From NCBI RefSeq assembly GCF_036321535.1, contig NC_087447.1, positions 13,268,001 through 13,332,000 on the forward strand: a stretch of 64,000 nucleotides of DNA. The letters are read 5' to 3'. Made by a program: the position numbers and the translations under genes. The notes under the pieces were generated by a model, which had not been told where the DNA came from, made no database searches, and worked only from the letters and a program-made list of their open reading frames with translations. This stretch comes from Camelus dromedarius (Eukaryota). Shown here piece by piece: positions 60,191 to 64,000 of this stretch; the first letter of the stretch is position 1; each line of letters begins with the position of its first letter.

Positions 60191-61799
60191 GCTAATCAGA
60201 AACATCCCAGATGTTGAAATACATTTAACTTTTGGTTTGTCCACTCAGCCTGTAGAAAAGCAAGTTAACCATCCTTGCATTCAGAAACCAAATACAATCT
60301 TTGGAGGTGTCAGGTCCCTCAGGCTGACCAAAGATATCACAGAAAAAGAGGAAAATACCAGTGGAAGGCAGAGAGGATGACAGAGAACAGGAAGAAGGTA
60401 AAACACTCTCTCTGGGGAAAGGAGAAGTGGATCACCAGGAAGCCGCTCTGCTCCCACCTGGTGCCCCTGATGCCCCTCTGTGCTTTACGAGACAAACCTC
60501 ACCAGCTGTTGTAACTTAACTGCAAGCACGTTCCAGGGGCGGCATCATGGTGCCTGAGACCAGATGTTCTATTCTGTGTGCTGTAACCATCCCTCACCAA
60601 GAACCCGCAGATCTGTAATAAGTGGTCTGAGGAGTAAAATGTCTGCTGAGCATTGAGTAGCTAGCTCATATTTTTTCTAATATTTTTCATTTGTTTTGCT
60701 AACTAATGTTAGTAAAAATTACCTTTATTAAAGTATACACCTTACTGATGTAGTTTTACTCCACTGAGTATTAACTGAATGCCATTTCATATGAAAGAAA
60801 TCTATAACTCACTACACTAAGTCTACTGATTTAGGACAGCAGATAGAAGCGAGGTCAGGCCTTGGGATACAACACGTACTCCTCCAGGAGTCCTTTTCAT
60901 TGATGTGCCTCAGAAGCACTTAGAATCAACAGAAATAGGACATTGAATCCCACCGAGCATCAGATGGGACTTTGAAAATGTCATGCTGTTCCCATAATAG
61001 GGTATGACATTTTTCATGATGTAGTGTGGAACGTAGCATCAATAAGGAAGATGCATTCAATCCTTGGAGGACATTCGCTATTTTGCTGAAAAATATCTAA
61101 ATACTTCTGCAGATATATCCCGCCTGCCTCATAAGAATATTAAAGATAAGTTGTAAAAACTGTCTTAGTGGGCTCTGGTTGTTTTCTTGCCTGACAGAAG
61201 TCCAGTTTTCCTTCTTTGAGTTACTGAACCCTGATTTTCCTCTGAAAATCTATAAACTCTCCATTTTCAGTGTATACAAGTAGGAGTAGTGAGTGCTTCT
61301 CCCAAGGGTGGGAGTATGACCGCTGCTTGGTTGATCAGAAGGTGTTTCCTCAGACTGTAACGATGGATCAAGAACATATTAACAAATGAGATACAAACTA
61401 AATACTTGGACTATTGAGAAAAATTTTTTTTAATTTCCTAATAATTTCTCAAAGTATAGACTCAGAACTCCTGCTTAATCTTACTACACATAGACAGAAC
61501 CTGATTGAAAATGGAGTCAACAAAAAAGAAAGTAGAGCCAACACACAGAAGAAACCCATTCTGATAGTAAATTTTCAACTTGAGAATTCAACCATTTCCA
61601 AACTATTTTGCCATCTTTTATTTTACTCGTTTTATGTTATTGCTTTTTTACATTTATATAAATAATAAAGTGAATCCCAGTAAACCTGCTAACATCTCAA
61701 GAATGAAAATATTACTAACAATTAAATCTATTTTAATCCCTTTCCTCTCTACCCCCACCTCATCCTAAAAATAACTGATATCTTGATTTTATCCTAAAA

Positions 61800-61845
61800 A
61801 TTTATATATATATTATATATATATATATAATATATATATATATAT
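61800..61845 (+). repeat. (TA)n microsatellite
   Basis: tttatatatatattatatatatatatataatatatatatatatat. Confidence 0.85.
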
Positions 61846-63004
61846 CCCCCCCTCCCCAGCTTTGAATTTTAAAGAACTTAGCATCTTATATGCAAACTTC
61901 TAGGAATGGCTTTTATTTTTTCATTCAACACTACATTACTAAGTTTTTTATTGGTTATTGAATATAGTTGTAGGTTCCTTTTCACTGCTATATTATACTC
62001 CATTGTATGATTATTTCAAAATGTGTTTATCTGTTATTCAGCCAGTGAATATTTGACTACTATGAACAGTAAGTATGAGCATTTTTAAACATGTCTTTAA
62101 TGAGTGTAACTCATAGGTTGCAGGATGTGTTGCAGGTTGCAGTATTAAGCTTTACAAAATAATATCATACATTTCAGCAAGGGGCCCAGGAGATACAATT
62201 AACTATGTGACAAAGAAGAAAAGAACTGGAATATTTGTGAGCAGATCTAATAACCTTCACAGGATTAGCAAAGGATTAAGTGGAAGAATGTTCTAATTTG
62301 TTGTCATTTTAATTAAGACCATGGATAAAATTATAATATGCAAAACAACCTGAGTTCATATTTTTTTAATGTCAGTTTAAAAATGTCACTTTAACCTTGT
62401 CACATTTGTAACACAAGTTTCTGAACCCTAAAAATAGGCCAGTGTCCTGTGTAGGGAAGAGAGTTTCTTTGTGGCAGAATGACTTCCTCTTATTTATTAA
62501 ATATTACTAAAAATACGTGGTCTGTAAATTTAGATTTGAGGTATATGGTGATGCTTCAGTTAGTGAGGAGCATATTTACAAAAACATTTCCATTGACTCC
62601 TACTTACCTACATTGATTAAAGATGACTTGCAGAGTTTGGGGGAGGCATCACAATGAAAGATCTTAGTGAACTGCATGATATAAATTTCTTTGACCTCTA
62701 GAGTGTGGCCAGGACTCAAAAGCCTAGCCAAGAAGAGTAAGATCTTCCATTGGAAGAATGATGATGAGATGTATCATCTTTACCCTCTCGTTTATTTGTA
62801 AAAGAGCTCTATTTAATAGATAAAGTTCCAGGACCTTGGGTCCTAAGTGGACCTGGTAACTTCTAATGGAAGGCCCTGTCTACAAGTACTAAAATCTATA
62901 AGAAATTCTTAATATTGGTTGAAGAACTCAAAAAGGTGGCCTAATTAAAGATAGGTTTACCTTTATCCTATTTCGTAATTTAAAAATGCAATATGAAGCG
63001 ATGC

Positions 63005-63330
63005 TTGGGAGATGGGTAAGTGGAGCACAGAGGATTTTAAGAGCAGTGAAAACACTCCATATGATACTATAATGGTGAATGTACATCATTAACATTTGTC
63101 TAAACTCATGGAAGGTATAACAACAAGAGAGAATCCTAAGGTAAACTATGGACTTCGGGAAATTATTGTGTGTACATGTAAGTTTATGAATTGGAACAAA
63201 CATGCCACTCTGGTGGGGGATGTTGATAATGGGTAAGGCTAAGCATATGTGGGGGCAGAGGCATATGGGATATGTCTGTACCTTCCTCTCAATTTTACTA
63301 TGAACATAAAGCTTCTCTAAAAAATAAAAT
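63005..63330 (+). mobile_element. L1MB-type 3' terminus
   Basis: gagcacagaggattttaagagcagtgaaaacactcc...cctaaggtaaactatggacttc...tctctaaaaaataaaa. Confidence 0.8.
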
Positions 63331-64000
63331 ATTTAAGAAAAATTAATCCAATATGATTTATTTGCTGATGCAGAGACTTCTATATGCAAATGCCAAGTGT
63401 TTGTCTAGGGTGTAATTTCTTGGGGTCATGAGTTACACTGGGGCAATGACTATGAAATATTCTTTCAGTCAATCTTACTTACAGATGCCTTGAAACTCCA
63501 GCCCCTGCCTTTGGCTAATAAAGCTGGGAAGGAAAAAGTGAATTCCCTGAGGTATGTGGCAAACTGTGGTCACTCTCTCCTTCCCACCTGGTCTCTTGGT
63601 CTCCAAGGCTGATGCAACATTTTAATTATTCAGAATGCTTGGTGCCAAAACCACTTCCACACTAACAGGCTCTTTTGTTTATGAACTCCCCAGTGATAAC
63701 TTATTTTAGCAACCAGTGGTTTCTTGGCAAGAAGCTTCAGAGATGAACACTACTATTGAGCTACTGAAAATGGCTCCAACTAGCAAGCCCCAATTCCCCT
63801 AACATAATGAAAGATTCTCTCGACATTACATCAGCCACCTTGAATGGTGTCTCTGTCTCCCATGCCCTGACCAGTCAAGAACTGCGACTGAGGACTCTTT
63901 CCTTTTTCCCCATCTGTGAGTTCATGCCAACTCTCTGCTTTTACACAGAGCATCTTCCTAAAATCACTCTTCACCCTCCTCCTGTCACTCAGAGCATGGG

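Noticed and set aside
1-64000. CRISPR arrays, rRNA, operons or other prokaryote-type systems
   Set aside because: There are no regularly spaced repeat-spacer units or prokaryotic gene organisation; all content fits mammalian OR-cluster DNA.

Overview
AT-rich mammalian genomic DNA containing a class II olfactory-receptor (OR4 family) cluster. Two TSD-flanked tRNA-derived SINEs and several L1 3' ends resemble camelid elements, so the source is probably Camelidae (inference). Six intact single-coding-exon OR genes are present: OR4C46/OR4C13-like (+, 3402-4352), OR4C11 (+, 12558-13490), OR4C16-like copy A (+, 24447-25376), OR4S2 (+, 39352-40287), OR4P4-like (-, 45059-45985) and OR4C16-like copy B (-, 55458-56390). 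The rest is mostly L1 fragments of several ages, decayed ERVL/MaLR, a deleted ERV1 provirus, solo LTRs with 4-bp TSDs, L2/MIR/MER5 relics, simple repeats and two N gaps. I found no new biological system. The most notable structures are: (1) an old ~6-7 kb inverted duplication of the OR4C16-like unit, with a 170-bp coding tract 168/170 identical (probable gene conversion), a conserved upstream exon and donor, and a tiny uORF over the start codon in both copies; (2) an OR whose ancestral ATG appears to be ACG, with in-frame upstream ATGs, one possibly on a spliced exon; (3) two homeodomain + 1 bp + O/E(EBF) composite motifs; (4) an ERV1 LTR with a CpG-island-like core. All alignments and counts were done by eye, and repeat subfamily names and boundaries are approximate.
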